Source of the DNA: Eledone cirrhosa
Taxonomy: Eukaryota
DNA length: 64,000 nt
NCBI GenBank assembly: GCA_964016885.1
Contig: OZ024740.1
Location: 310,372,001 to 310,436,000, forward strand
Direction of reading: 5' to 3'
This document shows positions 1-13,329 of this stretch, piece after piece. The notes beneath the pieces are model-generated. The model had not been told where the DNA came from and searched no databases. It saw only the letters and a program-made list of their open reading frames with translations. The translations under genes and the position numbers were made by a program. The first letter of the stretch is position 1, and each line of letters starts with the position of its first letter.

Positions 1-696
1 TTGTATTGTATTCTACTCAGCTGCGTTCATGAAAATGTTATGCTTCTTTAAAATGTGTTTGGGAAAACATACTCTATTTCAATTATAATTAAATATAATA
101 TTCCCTTCTATTTCGATCTCTCTCTCACCCATACAACATCGTAAGAATTATTTCTGATTCTGAGTGATTGAATAATTTTTAATGGTATAGAACTTGGTAT
201 CTTGAAGGACATCACTGTACTATTCAAACACTGAGGCTACAATGAATTTGTGATATAATTTTAGTCCCTTTCTCTTAGTAGTCCACTTATGCAGCTACCA
301 TCAATAAAATGGTTTTCACTTCATAAATTATAATTTCCACCTCGTGGAATAACTATCAAATTTCTTAACATTTAATTTCGTTCTTCGTTCTAGACTTGAG
401 ATAAATATTTATCTTAGTAATATGTCCAAATAAATAGCATAAATAAATCTATAAATTGAAATTGCTATTGTATTTCTGAAATTAATTTAATGACAGCAAT
501 ATAATTACCGTCGGGATTCTTACATTCTGGTGCAACTTTTGTAGTCGTTGTGTTTCTTATCTAAGTGAGTTTATTAATAATTAAAGCAATTTCTCCCACA
601 TAATTTTGTATAGTTTGTAATTATCATTGTTATAAATCATATCTCTTGTTTCTATGTACCATCAAGTTTCAGTAGCTGACATTATTTATACGAATG

Positions 697-880
697 TCAA
701 TGGATTGGCAATGTCGGTAGAGGGTCGGACGCCATGCTTTGCAGCACAGTTACGTCCTTTTACGGACTGAGTTCAAATCCCGCTGAGGTTAACTTTGCCT
801 TTCATCCTTACGGGGTCGACAAAATAAAGTACCAGTTATACCCTGTGATAATTGCTGGCCTTGTGCTTAAAGTAGAAACA
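697..880 (+). mobile_element. tRNA-derived SINE with 16-bp TSD
   Basis: B-box-like GAGTTCAAATCCC and core GAGGTTAACTTTGCCTTTCATCCTTACGGGGTCGA shared with many copies in the window; TSD ATTATTTATACGAATG at 681-696 and 881-896. Confidence 0.85.
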
Positions 881-1587
881 ATTATTTATACGAATGAGAT
901 TGAACTAAAATAAGTTAACCTGTGAACGACCTGTGTTTCATTGTGGAAGATTTGTATCGCAATAAATCAACGAATTGGTTAAACGCCAATTAAGTGTCAA
1001 ACTATGCTTAACCCAACAAACTACATATCTGCTCTTCCTTTAATATTCTTTACCCAAGCACTTCCTGCAATCACAATAATTATTTATTAGATCCTTTCTA
1101 CTCTCTTGTTCAAAAGCGAGTTATTTTTTAAACTATGTTTTATAGAGGCATTGACGTCAACCGTTTGGGAACAAAAGTGAAAATCTAACCAGACAAAAGT
1201 GGATGATTAATATATTAGATTGCTTTCAAAGACAACATTGTTTTATCAACACCTCACAACTGGGAGTCGCGAGACGTCAAGTCTACTGAGACACAGATCT
1301 CAAAGAACAAAGTTAAGATCAATAATAATTGAAGAATTATACTTGGTCAATAGCAAAGTGAAGGAAGTAAAATGTTAATAACTACTTATGAATAAGATAG
1401 CACGTAATTTTCTACAAACTCTATAGAGGAAGAAACAATAAATATTTAATAGTTACACACGGGAGAAAAGATAACGTTTCAATATATACTTTATGTGGTT
1501 TCATGTCTTCATCTATAAAATATGTAACTTTCATAAATTGCCTACATCCTAAACGTAGGTTATCTATCTTTCTCTTTCTCTCTCACT

Positions 1588-1629
<42 letters not shown>

Positions 1630-1843
1630 TGTGTGTGTGTGTGCGCGTGTGTTTGTGTGTGTGTGTGTCTGTGCGGGTATATGTATGGGTGTTGTGTGTG
1701 TGTGTACATATATGTGTGTATGCTTGTCATAATGTTTGTGTTTGTGTGTATGTGTGTGTTAGATTTCCTCTACGGTTATTTATTATGGTCATTTGCATTG
1801 GGATGTACGAATTTCAAATTTCAAATTAGCCTAATGTTTCGAT

Positions 1844-1927
<84 letters not shown>

Positions 1928-1930
<3 letters not shown>

Positions 1931-3930
1931 GTTATATTTTAGGACGGTCATGCTGCCTGTATTGTCGATAAAAACGAACACTCGCACCATATGATTTTCA
2001 CTTTATGTTTATTGCTCGTCATTCATTCGTTCGTCAGATGAGCTAGTATTTAGCGTGGCTAGAGTGTGTGATGAGGCCGCTCACCTCACTAGGAAGTTCT
2101 TCAACGACTATCTATCCAAACAAATGTCGAGTGATTCGAGTCATCTCGTCGTTACGTTTGACAAGAGAATTTCTTTTAGTATCTTAGCAGCAACCACTTT
2201 CTTGAGGAATACCTCAGCTGCGCTCCGTCTGGTCTGCTAGTCGAACGAGTCCCCGTGCAAGCTTCTCACTGCAGATAATGTTACATAGTCTTCAGCTGGC
2301 GTACAACGGGGTAATCCATTGCCCCTCCCGTCTGCGCTCTTGGGATTTTCTTAACATCACACTCTTTTCGACATCTGGTACCTGGGTTATGCAATCTTAT
2401 GTGGATGCCTATATAGTGTTTGACACGATCTCCGATTGGTCATTTGCGCACTCGTGAAAATCTGCCTCGAGATCAACTCGTCCAACTCGGAGGTCGTGAG
2501 CCATGATTACGACGCCGATGAATACGCAGCCTCCGTCGCAGATGTGCGGTTATTATTCTATCAGGAGCAGCTGATTCCAAAAACGACGTTCTCATCCTGG
2601 GATTGCCGATATTCGCCCCATTTTCATTTCCAGATTTCACCTTCTCGAAATTCTGAGGAGGAGGATTTATCAGATCGACGCACATCTGGTAGTCTTCCTG
2701 TTGTTGAACTGTTTTGCATTGCTGAATCTTCTATACACCTTCCACTGTGCTCCCTGCTACAGCCAAGTATATCTCCTACTGATTTCCACGCCTGTATCCG
2801 ACGTGATGCTAAAAACATATGCATCGTTCGGTTGGATGACACCAGTTAGCTACCGACTACGTTACCCATCAGACACGGTGGTCCCCGGTCTCTAGTTTAT
2901 CTAGCCTTGTCGGTATTTCTGGCTGTCTTCATCAGCAAGATTTTCCAAAACATAACTGAAGCTGCTGTGATCTGGGAACGTGAGGCGTCAAACGCGACTC
3001 GGAGCTAGGTCGGCTTCCAACATGCGGAAGTTGATCCCCTTATCCTCCACCTAGACGTTCAGTCCGCCAAAATCAAACGGGATGCCATGCAGAGTGACAT
3101 GTCTCAGACAGGCTAGTGTACCGACTTGACGAGCACATTCAGGCATGTTTTCTCTCAGCCGCCAAACCCATAGGATTGCCTGGCTTAAAACCGTATCGTC
3201 ATTCTTTACTGTCACCTAGAACGTCAGTTTGCGTATCGGTGTTTCCATGAGGCTCGGCCTTCAATATGTGAGCCTCACAAATGCTGCTGTGCATCCACTG
3301 TGGAATCCCTCAGCCTCCAAGTACTAGCATGCTATTATACATCTGGCTCCATCCCACGCCATACTGAGCTAATCGAGATCATAAAGAATTAATTGGACAC
3401 CCCAGGCTTCCCTTCCCAACTCTAGCCAGTGAGTCTGGCCTAGGAGGACGGCAAAATACTAGAGTGCATAAGGATCTTCCCTCCAACTGTGAGAGGCACT
3501 TCATCTGGAATTATACACGCTGTGATAACATCCCCACCGGCTAACTCGTGCATTCAGAAAGTAACCTAGTATATCGCTTTCCGATACATTCGCAGTCATA
3601 TCAGTAACGGTGAAGACTTATGGCATTCTTGGTCTCCGAACTACTTTCCTATTCACTACTATCGAGGCGGAGTTGGCTAACCGCAGAAGCGAGCCCCATG
3701 AGTTAGCTTTTCCAAAGCGTCTCCCACTACGTACTCCGAGGCAACGTTTCCTGTATTCTGTTCACTGGAATCACAATGTGGCCTGTTTATGGTCTACCAT
3801 ATGGAAGAAAACTCCTCCTCACACTATTCGGATTCGCCGTACTGGGGCGGCGACATTTGTTCGCCCTAGCACCACAGACATCTGGATTTCGTGGATTCCA
3901 TTGTTTTTTCCTTTTTCCCAAAGACGTTGA
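1928..3930 (-). mobile_element. Heavily degenerate Ty3/Gypsy-like LTR retrotransposon remnant
   Basis: GC-richer island. Minus-strand fragments [25 protein letters not shown] and RRPRMP*VFTVTD resemble the Mag-type gag end and protease region. Ends in AATAAA...TATAACA (LTR-like 3' end) abutting (TG)n. Confidence 0.4.
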
Positions 3931-4007
3931 AGTAATGAAATATGAAATATATATATATACACACACACAGATATACATATATATACACACATATATAATA
4001 CATATAT

Positions 4008-4137
<130 letters not shown>

Positions 4138-4147
4138 ACACACACAT

Positions 4148-4187
<40 letters not shown>

Positions 4188-4256
4188 ACAAGGTTTAGCA
4201 AATAATGAAAAAGTTTCAAAATAAATTTTTAAAAATTGACTTTACCTACTATAGTT

Positions 4257-4340
4257 ACCTTTACCGATCGGTTTCGAATCCCAAAATAAAACGCAGACCA
4301 TACGGCCTTCGTTTGCAAAGAAAGATTCTCGTCAGAAGGT
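4257..4340 (-). ncRNA. Type I hammerhead ribozyme (family A)
   Basis: ACCTT-CTGACGA-GAATC[long loop]GATTC-GAAA-CCGATCGG-TA-AAGGT; all three stems pair; GUA cleavage triplet. Confidence 0.85.
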
Positions 4341-5849
4341 TCTTTCTTTTTCATTATTTGCTAAACCTTGTTTATATTTGTTCTGGCTCGTTAATTTAAT
4401 AACCCGCCATTGAACCACACTGGCATTTGGTTGGACAATACATGCGTACCTTAGCACCTTGTGCGTGAAGGAACACATATCCTATTATATATATATATAT
4501 ATATTAATATATATATATAAGAAAGTAAATCCGTAGAATCATTTGATAAAATATATACAGTATTTCTCCTTCTAATCAGCATAATTAACCACACAGAAAA
4601 TCAATTAAACGAGGCTATAAGTTTAAAATGTACCTACGATGAAATAATAGATAAATAAATGATAGCTATTTTATCTGCGATCAACAGCCACATAAGATTT
4701 ACTTAGTATTTCTAATAGCCCGTAGAAATTGATTAGACATATAGCCAACCATACACAGTTAGGTACAAAATCAAAATTATGTTTCTACCCCATGAAGTTT
4801 CATTCGCTTTTTTGGAAATATCCGATCATGGATAAATTCACGAGTTTCGAAATCAACAGGAAACAAACTCAAATGGACAAAGATTTTTCTTAAATGATCC
4901 CCGCCAGAAACGAATTCAAAATGGCTAAGAATCGTCACATGGTCAGTGGGCAAGTCAGAAAGCTTGTGATTGGTGCCTGACGGCGAGTAGGCTGGTTGCT
5001 AGAAAGCGCAGCCGAATACTGCCTAAATTGTTACTCAACCTTACGGTAGTATATATATATATATACGAATGTATATATATATATATATGTATTGTGTGTG
5101 AGTAAGTAATTATGCAGAACGAAACGGAAAAAGTGAAAGAAGTGGTTCTGTATGAAAGTCATATATAGTTACGTATGTACATCCCTAATTCTATGAATTA
5201 CATAGCTATTTCAACTGGAATCTAATTAGTATATATGATTTGGATCTAATTAGTATATTAGTATATATGATTTGAGAGAGATATGACCATTCTTTCTAGC
5301 AAGCCATATATTATCGTAGGTGTTTCATTATCGTCTCCTTTCTATGTAATATTACTTCCATTTCTGTATTGGAAACGACATGTTATTTTACATAGAGTAT
5401 TGCTGCGCTGTGTCTGAGGGACTTATTTTTAATACACATAGACATTACGATCAAAAGCCATTAAATTGATACATCATATATGAAATGGGTTTGATATTCA
5501 ATTCTCGGATTCCACATATATATATTTGGTGACATTAGCTTTCATTCGCAGCACTTCGGAATCTGACGCTAACTTTTTCGTCATATTCCGAAAAAAATGG
5601 CATGCTATTAAATTTCTCTTAAATATCGTATCTGAGTTGAAAAGGAAATGCTGATAACATTTATAAGTATCCCCAAATGGTGAATACCATTTGGAATTGA
5701 GATTTACCATCAACGTCTGTACATCGATGCGTGAAGGAAATGTATTCATAGGAGATATATGCATGTTGTAAAATTATTCAGAATTTCCTTAGGCTAGCGA
5801 AGAAATTGTATACATAAATGAATAAACACCTAAGTGGTCATATAATATC

Positions 5850-5881
<32 letters not shown>

Positions 5882-6003
5882 GTTATATTTAATTTGTTGG
5901 GATTCCAACAAACTTAAAAGTTTGTTGGAATGACTATCCAGCGAATTTTCAACCGTTAAGGTTGTTTTCCACGGCTATGTCACTTTTTATAAAACAAATT
6001 TTG

Positions 6004-6068
6004 TATTTTATCTGATGAAACCGCACCAAGACTGCCTTGGTTGCCCTTGAAATATATATAATAAAATA
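6004..6068 (+). ncRNA. Type I hammerhead ribozyme (family B)
   Basis: TATTTTAT-CTGATGA-imperfect stem II (CCAAG/CTTGG)-GAAA-TATATA-TA-ATAAAATA; 8-bp stem I. Confidence 0.7.
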
Positions 6069-6107
6069 ATTATGGTTTTATAAATATAGTTTCCATTTAT
6101 TAATACA

Positions 6108-6163
<56 letters not shown>

Positions 6164-6444
6164 AGAATCAGGCCCCACTCTACTTCCCCAAGTAACGAGT
6201 ACTCTGGTGGGTTATGGTCCACCTGCTATTTTACCACACCCTATCCGATATATATATATAATAAAGTATATATCCCTACACACAAAAAGCGTCTAGGGAC
6301 ACATGTATTGTCCAACCATATGCCAATGTATTTCAATGGCAGGTTAATACATTAACGAGCCAGAACATATATATAATCAAGGTTTAGCAAATAAGAAAAA
6401 GTTTCAAAATAAATTTTAAAAAATTCACTGTACTCAGTATGGTT

Positions 6445-6531
6445 ACCTTTACCCAATCGGTTTCGAGTCTCAAAAATAAATGGATAGTCCTTGCAGCCTT
6501 CCATTGAAAAGATAAACTCTCGTTAGAAGGT
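6445..6531 (-). ncRNA. Hammerhead family A copy with mutated core (CTAACGA)
   Basis: Same stems as 6930-7016 but with a G5A substitution; probably inactive. Confidence 0.6.
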
Positions 6532-6929
6532 TCTTTTCACTCGGAGATTATAAAATTCCCGAGTTCAAATTACGAACTAGCGCTATTCAAAATTGTTCCC
6601 GAGATGAGAATGAATGATGTGGAAGCAATTCTGTCCAGTACCGTGTGTAAAGATAGAAGCAGAGGCAGGGAGGTCAGTCTACTACCACTATAAATAGCAG
6701 CAGTCAGAACGATCAAATTTTATCTCGACCAAGAGGTGAATAATAATAACAAAGTATATATCCCTACACGCAAAAAGCGTCTAGGGACACATGTATTGTC
6801 CAACCATAGGCCAATGTGGTTCAATGGCAGGTTAATAATTTAACGAGCCCGAACATATATAAGCAAGGTTTAGCAAATAAGAAAAAGTTTCAAAATAAAT
6901 TTTAAAAAATCACTGTACTCACTATGGTT

Positions 6930-7016
6930 ACCTTTACCGAATCGGTTTCGAGTCTCAAAAATAAATGGACAGTCCTTGCGGCCTTCCATTGAAAAGATAA
7001 ACTCTCGTCAGAAGGT
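6930..7016 (-). ncRNA. Type I hammerhead ribozyme (family A, intact)
   Basis: ACCTT-CTGACGA-GAGT..ACTC-GAAA-CCGATTCGG-TA-AAGGT; stem II covaries with the 4257 copy (GAATC/GATTC versus GAGT/ACTC). Confidence 0.85.
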
Positions 7017-7597
7017 TCTTTTCACTCGGAGAATATAAAATTCCCGAGTTCAAATTACGAACTGGCTCTATTCAAAATTGTTCCCGAGATGAGAATGAAT
7101 GATGTGGAAGCAATTCTGTCCAGTGCCGTGTGTAAAGATAGAAGCAGAGGCAGGGAGGTCAGTCTACTACCACTATAAATAGCAGCAGTCAGAACGACCA
7201 AATTTTATCTCGACCAAGAGGAGAATAATAATAATAAAGTATATATCCCTACACGCAAAAAGCGTCTAGGGAAACATGTATTGTCCAAACCATATGCCAA
7301 TGTGGTTCAATGGCAGGTTAATAAATTAACGAGCCAGAACTTATATAATCAAGGTTTAGCAAATAAGAAAAAGTTTCAAAATAAAGGACTGTCCATTTAT
7401 TTTTGAGACTCGAAACCGATTCGGTAAAGGTAACCATAGTGAGTACAGTGAATTTTTTTTTATTTATTTTGAAACTTTTTCTTATTTGCTAAACCTTGAT
7501 TATATATATATAGTCATTTTATTAAGGTTTAATAGTGAGTCTTGTTATTCTTGAGTTTTACTTGTTCATCACAGGGTCATCAGTCAAGACCTCCTGC

Positions 7598-7640
7598 ATG
7601 ATTAGCCTGTGATAAACAGGCGAAACTCCAGAGTAACAAT
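7598..7640 (+). ncRNA. Degenerate hammerhead in an imperfect inverted repeat (7520-7660)
   Basis: ATGATTA-GCCTG tgataaa CAGGC-GAAA-CTCCAGAG-TA; stems II and III intact, 5' core mutated, stem I lost. Confidence 0.4.
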
Positions 7641-7704
7641 ACTCACTATTCAGCCTTAATAACATGAATATTGATTACTCCAACGTCTTAGCCATCAACC
7701 ACAT

Positions 7705-7758
<54 letters not shown>

Positions 7759-8050
7759 TTAGGTTTGTTGGTTCACCACTGGATAGAACTGGTCAGTCCG
7801 TATGGTCAATCCTGGTGTAATATTGTGAAGAGTACTCAACGCAGTGCAGTTCACCCATCTTCGTTTGTGTAGTTGGTGGTGGGAATACGGAGTTAATTAT
7901 AAATGAAATAACAGGAGGCTGGACTGGTGTAAATCCTTGAAAGGTTTAATATACTATGATCATTTCAATGACCGGGTTCCATATGAAGGTCCCTTCTGTC
8001 TCTGATTTTTCGGACCCATGGCTTTTTACATATTCCTTTGTTATATTCCA

Positions 8051-8108
8051 ATACCTGATGATATCACCGGATTCATATGGGACCCGGTCATTGAAATGAT
8101 CATAGTAT
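8051..8108 (+). ncRNA. Type I hammerhead (family D) in an inverted-repeat element
   Basis: ATAC-CTGATGA-..ACCGG..CCGGT..-GAAA-TGATCA-TA-GTAT; inverted arms at about 7898-7987 and 8072-8162. Confidence 0.7.
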
Positions 8109-9370
8109 ATTAAACCTTTCAAGGATTTACACCAGTCCAGCCTCCTGTTATTTCATTTATATATATATATATATATATATGGGGGGGGGGTGTATGTGTG
8201 TGTGTGTGTTTGTGAGACAGTGTTTAATCTGAGAATTAATTTATTGATTACTCTCTCATTGAGTGCTTGTGACACTGTCAACATTAGGATGCGAATCTGC
8301 TACTCGCAGCTGCAAGATTCACACTATGCACATTTTTTTTCTTTTGCTGAGAGTTCACCATCACGCCTGCGGGCCAGCCAAACTGCAAGTGAAATGTTTT
8401 TAGAGAAACATAGATGTTCAATCAGCATTGTTATTGTCGTAGTTTAGAAACCTCAACCAAGCAGGTTCGATGTCCTTTTCGATGCCCCGTGTGGGTCTTG
8501 CGATTGTGGTTGTGTTCCATTTCTGACCGAAGAGGATATTTGTGACTTTAACGTTCCAGCTGTTTATTTAGGCCCATTATCTTATCTCAAATTCATTGGT
8601 GCTGGGGCCGATATAAGTTCGATTTGGAATTAGTAATAGGATTGAGTTTGATAGAATGTTTGATGTTAAGTGAGAAAGAGAGGCGTTTGTACAGTAGAGG
8701 TTTTCTGATGTTTGTTATCTTTGAGGGCCGAACATATTTGCTGAAGCAAAAGGGATTTTCTTTTGGAGGAGAGTGGTCAATATGTAATTAAAAGAAAATT
8801 CTAGCTATACTAGTAATGAATTTATGTTTAAATGAACATTTCTTTATTTTTCTTTCCGTGTGTTTAACTTATTTTTACCTTTACCTCCTCCTCAACTGAA
8901 ATTCTGAAGTATGTAAAATATTTTTAGGTAGAACATTCTGGATATTAATGCGTCCTCTTATGAAAGTTCAGGATAATTATAAACGTCGCTATAGGTTTCC
9001 TTTTCCTATAAAGGCAATACCTTCTAGTCACTAGGCACATTTGGCTGCAAAGAAATTTCAGTACAATTCTTTTTAGCATCTTTAGACGTTTACCCTTACT
9101 TTTTAAAGTATCATTAGGATAATTGTTTCACCAATACAAACATAGACTTTTGATGACCTTTCTACATAATAACGTAAGGATCGGTTTGAAGTGTTTGCAA
9201 TGCCATCGAGTACACAGCCTTAGTGGTAATTGCACCAAATAAATGATTTCAATATTACTTATAATGTGTTGCTGATGCCAATATAGTTTTATAAAGTATA
9301 TAAATATGTATGGAACATATTGATTCCAGAGTTCTTGCTGAATGAATTATTAAGAGTTAGTTGCATAAAC

Positions 9371-9418
<48 letters not shown>

Positions 9419-9624
9419 TATATGTATGTATATGCAAATGTATTATTATTACTATATATATATATATATATATATTTGTATATACACACATATATATGTA
9501 GGAGGTGAGTTTTATTGTAGTACAATAAAGCAATGCAAATATCGGATAAGAAACACTCTACAGTTTGTAGGACTGGAGTATAAATAATATATAAGATCAA
9601 AATATGGTTAAAAGAGTTTCTATG

Positions 9625-9690
9625 TATTTTATTATGCGCATTTCAAAAACAAATATCATCATGCAATAACATTTGTGTTTTCGTCAGATA
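9625..9690 (-). ncRNA. Hammerhead family E, inverted copy
   Basis: Reverse complement of 9748-9820 with an intact core; 5' strand of stem I truncated. Confidence 0.65.
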
Positions 9691-9747
9691 TGTTGATTTA
9701 AAACTGCACTATTCACAAGTGTATTTTAACCTTCATATCATGTCTTC

Positions 9748-9820
9748 CTATTTTATCTGACGAAAACACAAATGTTATTGCATGATGATATTTGTTTTTG
9801 AAATGCGCATAATAAAATAG
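9748..9820 (+). ncRNA. Type I hammerhead ribozyme (family E)
   Basis: CTATTTTAT-CTGACGA-long stem II-GAAA-TGCGCA-TA-ATAAAATAG; perfect 9-bp stem I and palindromic stem III. Confidence 0.88.
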
Positions 9821-10564
9821 ATGGAACTCTTTTAACCATCTTTTGATCTTATATATATATATATATTTGATAACATATGTTAACCTCACAATCACGAGTG
9901 TACCCATGCTGTTAATCATATATTAATGTTGCAATAATATACTTGCAAAGATGCTAGAGCAAAGATTAATACTCTATGGTCTATATATTGAAAATGATGT
10001 ATTCGTGGAGCTGTTGATTTTAGATTTAGCAAATTAGCAAATGTCATGAGATTTTGTTTTGGGCTTTTTCTTTACAATTGGTTTTACTTTAATATCACAG
10101 AGTAGCTTTTAATGAATCATGTCAACAGACTTAATAATATTTACAAACACTATATATATATATATTTATATATATATATATATATATATATAAGCAGATG
10201 AACTGCGAAACCAGTAAAGGAACCAAATAAATATATATTTTTATAGAAAAAGACTCCTGTTGCATTTTCGATTTCATCTTTTTTCCTTATACTTTCACTA
10301 GTGTAGGACACCTCGTTTTTTTTTCATTTTGTATTTTATCTGATGAAACCGCATGTATATATATGTGTGTGTTTGTATGTGTGTGTATGTGTGTGTGTAT
10401 ATATGTATATAAATATATATATGTATATAGTGGTGTATAGTGGTAGCTATGGTGCTTCCATTGGCGGTGTGCCAAAATTAGCACGCGATATTCATCAGAG
10501 TAGAGTGTAGATATTATAAAGAAAACGAAAAATGAGTGATAAAATCTGCTCCGGACATAACACC

Positions 10565-10655
10565 CGTGTCTGAAAGAACCTGCAGAAGTAGAATCAGCCA
10601 GATCCATACAAGGACCATGACTCGAGCTACATGCCGGCGAAACATTTGTAACACG
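10565..10655 (+). ncRNA. Degenerate hammerhead (family G)
   Basis: CGTGT-CTGAAAGA (one extra A)-..-GAAA-CATTTG-TA-ACACG; flanked by about 30-bp inverted repeats at 10511-10540 and 10677-10706. Confidence 0.5.
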
Positions 10656-11170
10656 AAATAAACTATGTCCAGCTGCATCACTGATTTTTCGTTTTCTTTA
10701 TAATATATATATATATGGAATAGAATGAAACGAAATTTCATTTCTCACTCTTAGTACGGCACTTACTTAAATTTAAGTCTGTATGTATGTATACGTACAT
10801 ACATATATGTATACAGACGTACAGTAGTATGCATATATATATACATACATGCACACATATATATATATATATATGGACGTATCGGTTTACCGAACATTTA
10901 TTATAATGCTCGGTTTGTTTGTTTGTAAACAAACAAACAGCCCGAATTACGCCGTACAGTGTTTAGGAAACCACGTCACCTTTTTTTTCAACACTGACAC
11001 AGGAACGATGTACTAGTTTCAAGCTTATTAGCTATCGTCAGCATCGTATACCTTCTTGCCAGATGGTTGAACGTCTGAAAGTATATACTTTCCTTATGCA
11101 TATTAACGGCTGAGCAGCCTAATTTGCATATCGAGTGAGTTCAGTCGGCTGGGCACACATATATATATAT

Positions 11171-11218
<48 letters not shown>

Positions 11219-11220
<2 letters not shown>

Positions 11221-11377
11221 TGAGATTCTACAGGACTAGAACTGTTTCATTCTTGATTTCTGAAGAATAAAACAGTTCTAGTCCTGTAGAATCTAATCTA
11301 TATTAAAACCTTTATACTCTGCTATGTATTGAGTACCTTACTTACTGTGGTTACCTCCGATTCAACCCGGAATAACG
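11219..11377 (+). mobile_element. Short fold-back element, family Q (HHR halves), flanked by (TA)n
   Basis: AGATTCTACAGGACTAGAACTGTTT followed by its reverse complement; 3' end TGTGGTTACCTCCGATTCAACCCGGAATAACG shared with 60693-60724. Confidence 0.75.
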
Positions 11378-11696
11378 TATATATATACGGAAACATAAAG
11401 CAACTTCGATGATGACGGATAAAATAAGAATAAGTCAATAATAAATTCCCACTTAATCTTAAATTCATATTCCGCTTTACCAATTTTCATATGTAAAGTA
11501 GAGATAATCTACATATAAAATAATTGTTTCTACTTTTGGCACAAAGCCAGTGCATTACTGGTACTTTATGCACTGGGTAATTGCTGGCCTTAATTATGTT
11601 GTATACAGACATTTATTATAAATAGAATGTGTCACTAATTACAACTTTTTGCTTTTTGCATATATGCATATACTCAGCAGCACATCCATATATCTG

Positions 11697-11758
<62 letters not shown>

Positions 11759-11781
11759 CTGATATATGGATGTGCTGATGA

Positions 11782-11824
<43 letters not shown>

Positions 11825-11848
11825 GTATAATAAAGAATACAATATAAT

Positions 11849-11920
11849 TACTTCATTACCAGAGGTTTCCCGAATAAGACGAATACAAGAAACCTCCTCA
11901 TTCGTTCGTCAGACAAGGCA
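11849..11920 (-). ncRNA. Hammerhead family H, inverted copy
   Basis: TGCCTTGT-CTGACGA-..CGAATGAG..CTTATTCG..-GAAA-CCTCTGG-TA-ATGAAGTA. Confidence 0.7.
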
Positions 11921-12536
11921 ACTTAGAACATAGTGAAATATTTGAAAAATCTCCTCAAGAAAGGCAAAAGTTTAACGGGCAAAAAAAATATGTAAATAAA
12001 AGTAATGCAAGAGATACATAATAATAAAATAAGGAAATATAGTAGGGGTATCTGTATAAATGGGTGCGTAAGTTCATACATGTGGGCAAACATATCAGTG
12101 TATGTGTGACCACAAATACGTATATAATATATGTTGAAAAAAGAAATTGTAAGATAATAGAGTTAATGTACATACAGACTCAGGGACTAATTTCAATCCT
12201 TAGTCCCTGAGTCTATATGTACGTTAACTCTATTATCTTACAATTTCTTGTTTCAACATATATTATATACATATTTGTGGTCACACATACACTGATATGC
12301 TTCCCCTCATGTATGTACTTACGCACATATTTGTTCACTATACATATGCATTTGTACATACAAACATATGTATATTTGTAGGTGCATATACACGCATTTA
12401 TACACATACCCTTACTATATTTCTTTATTTTATTTTTATATATCTCTTGCATTACTTTTATTTATATATTTTTTTTGCCCGTTAAACTTTTGCCTTTCTT
12501 GACGTGATTTTTCAAATATTTCACTATGTTTTATAT

Positions 12537-12600
12537 TGCCTTGTCTGACGAACGAATGAGGAGGTTTCGTCTTATTCAGGAAACCTCTGGTAATGAGGTA
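12537..12600 (+). ncRNA. Type I hammerhead ribozyme (family H)
   Basis: TGCCTTGT-CTGACGA-..GAATGAG..CTTATTC..-GAAA-CCTCTGG-TA-ATGAGGTA; 8-bp stem I with GU pairs. Confidence 0.78.
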
Positions 12601-12863
12601 ATTATATTGTATTGTTTATCATACATTAAATTTAGCTCTGTAACTTGCATAGAGCACTCTTCACTCCTATGACTTTTTCAATTTTCAACGGAAACTTCAA
12701 TACTTATATATATATATATATATATATTAGAAGATCAGGTTTTCCTTTACCAAATGAAAAATAACCGAGGTGTCCTACACGAGTGAAAGTAAAAGGAAAA
12801 AAGATGAAATCGAAAATGCAACTGGAGTCTTTTTTTTTTTTAATATATATATTTAATTGGTTC

Positions 12864-12899
12864 CTTTACCGGTTTCGCAGTTCTTCTGCTTTTCAAAAG
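12864..12899 (-). ncRNA. Minimal hammerhead, U3:A8 variant (family F)
   Basis: CTT-TTGAAAA-GCAG aagaa CTGC-GAAA-CCGG-TA-AAG; lies in the repeat 12730-12932, also found at 10192-10333 and 39615-39820. Confidence 0.65.
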
Positions 12900-13329
12900 T
12901 AGAGTTGAGATGGAGGGTCTGTGGTTTTTCTGACGTGCGTGTATGCATGTCTTCATGTACTTGTGTGTGAGTATGTGTGTGTGCTCTCATGTGTATGTAT
13001 GTGTGCGTGTAGAGTGTGTGTTTGTAGATAAAGTGGCACTAGCATATCGTACAATTTTGGAATTTTCAAACGAATTTGACATTGAATTTTCCGAATTTGT
13101 CAAGGAAAATTATCTGACGATGTGATCATTGCGTAATTAGTTGATTAAGTAAATAAGTGTGCATGAAACTCAGGAGCATATTGTATTTTTATTAACGCCT
13201 GTAGGTCTGTATAAGGGGAGGAAGATTATCCTTGAAAGTAGTTCTTATTGATCTTTCTGCTTTACAATTATTCCTTAAAAGCATTAATCAGGCATGGAAT
13301 GATATTTAGCGGTAAAAAATACAGATATG

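Larger units (their letters stand above)
6262..7505 (-). repeat. About 485-bp tandem repeat (about 2.3 units) plus terminal inverted copy; HHR-bearing family A
   Basis: Unit starts at about 6262, 6750 and 7236; inverted segment 7385-7500; one HHR per unit; homologous to 4188-4450. Confidence 0.9.
11821..12628. repeat. About 800-bp near-palindrome centred at about 12195, with an HHR in each arm
   Basis: GACTCAGGGACTAA-tttcaatcc-TTAGTCCCTGAGTC centre; the arms align as reverse complements over about 370 bp or more. Confidence 0.92.

Noticed and set aside
1503-1971. [12 protein letters not shown] and poly-L ORFs here and throughout the window
   Set aside because: Translations of stop-free microsatellites
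1985-2045. CTGACGA..GAAA on the minus strand, sharing 16 nt with family H
   Set aside because: No valid stem III, UH site or stem II; lies in the LTR-like segment
2905-2940. CTGATGA-AGACAGCCA-GAAA on the minus strand
   Set aside because: Stems I and II do not pair
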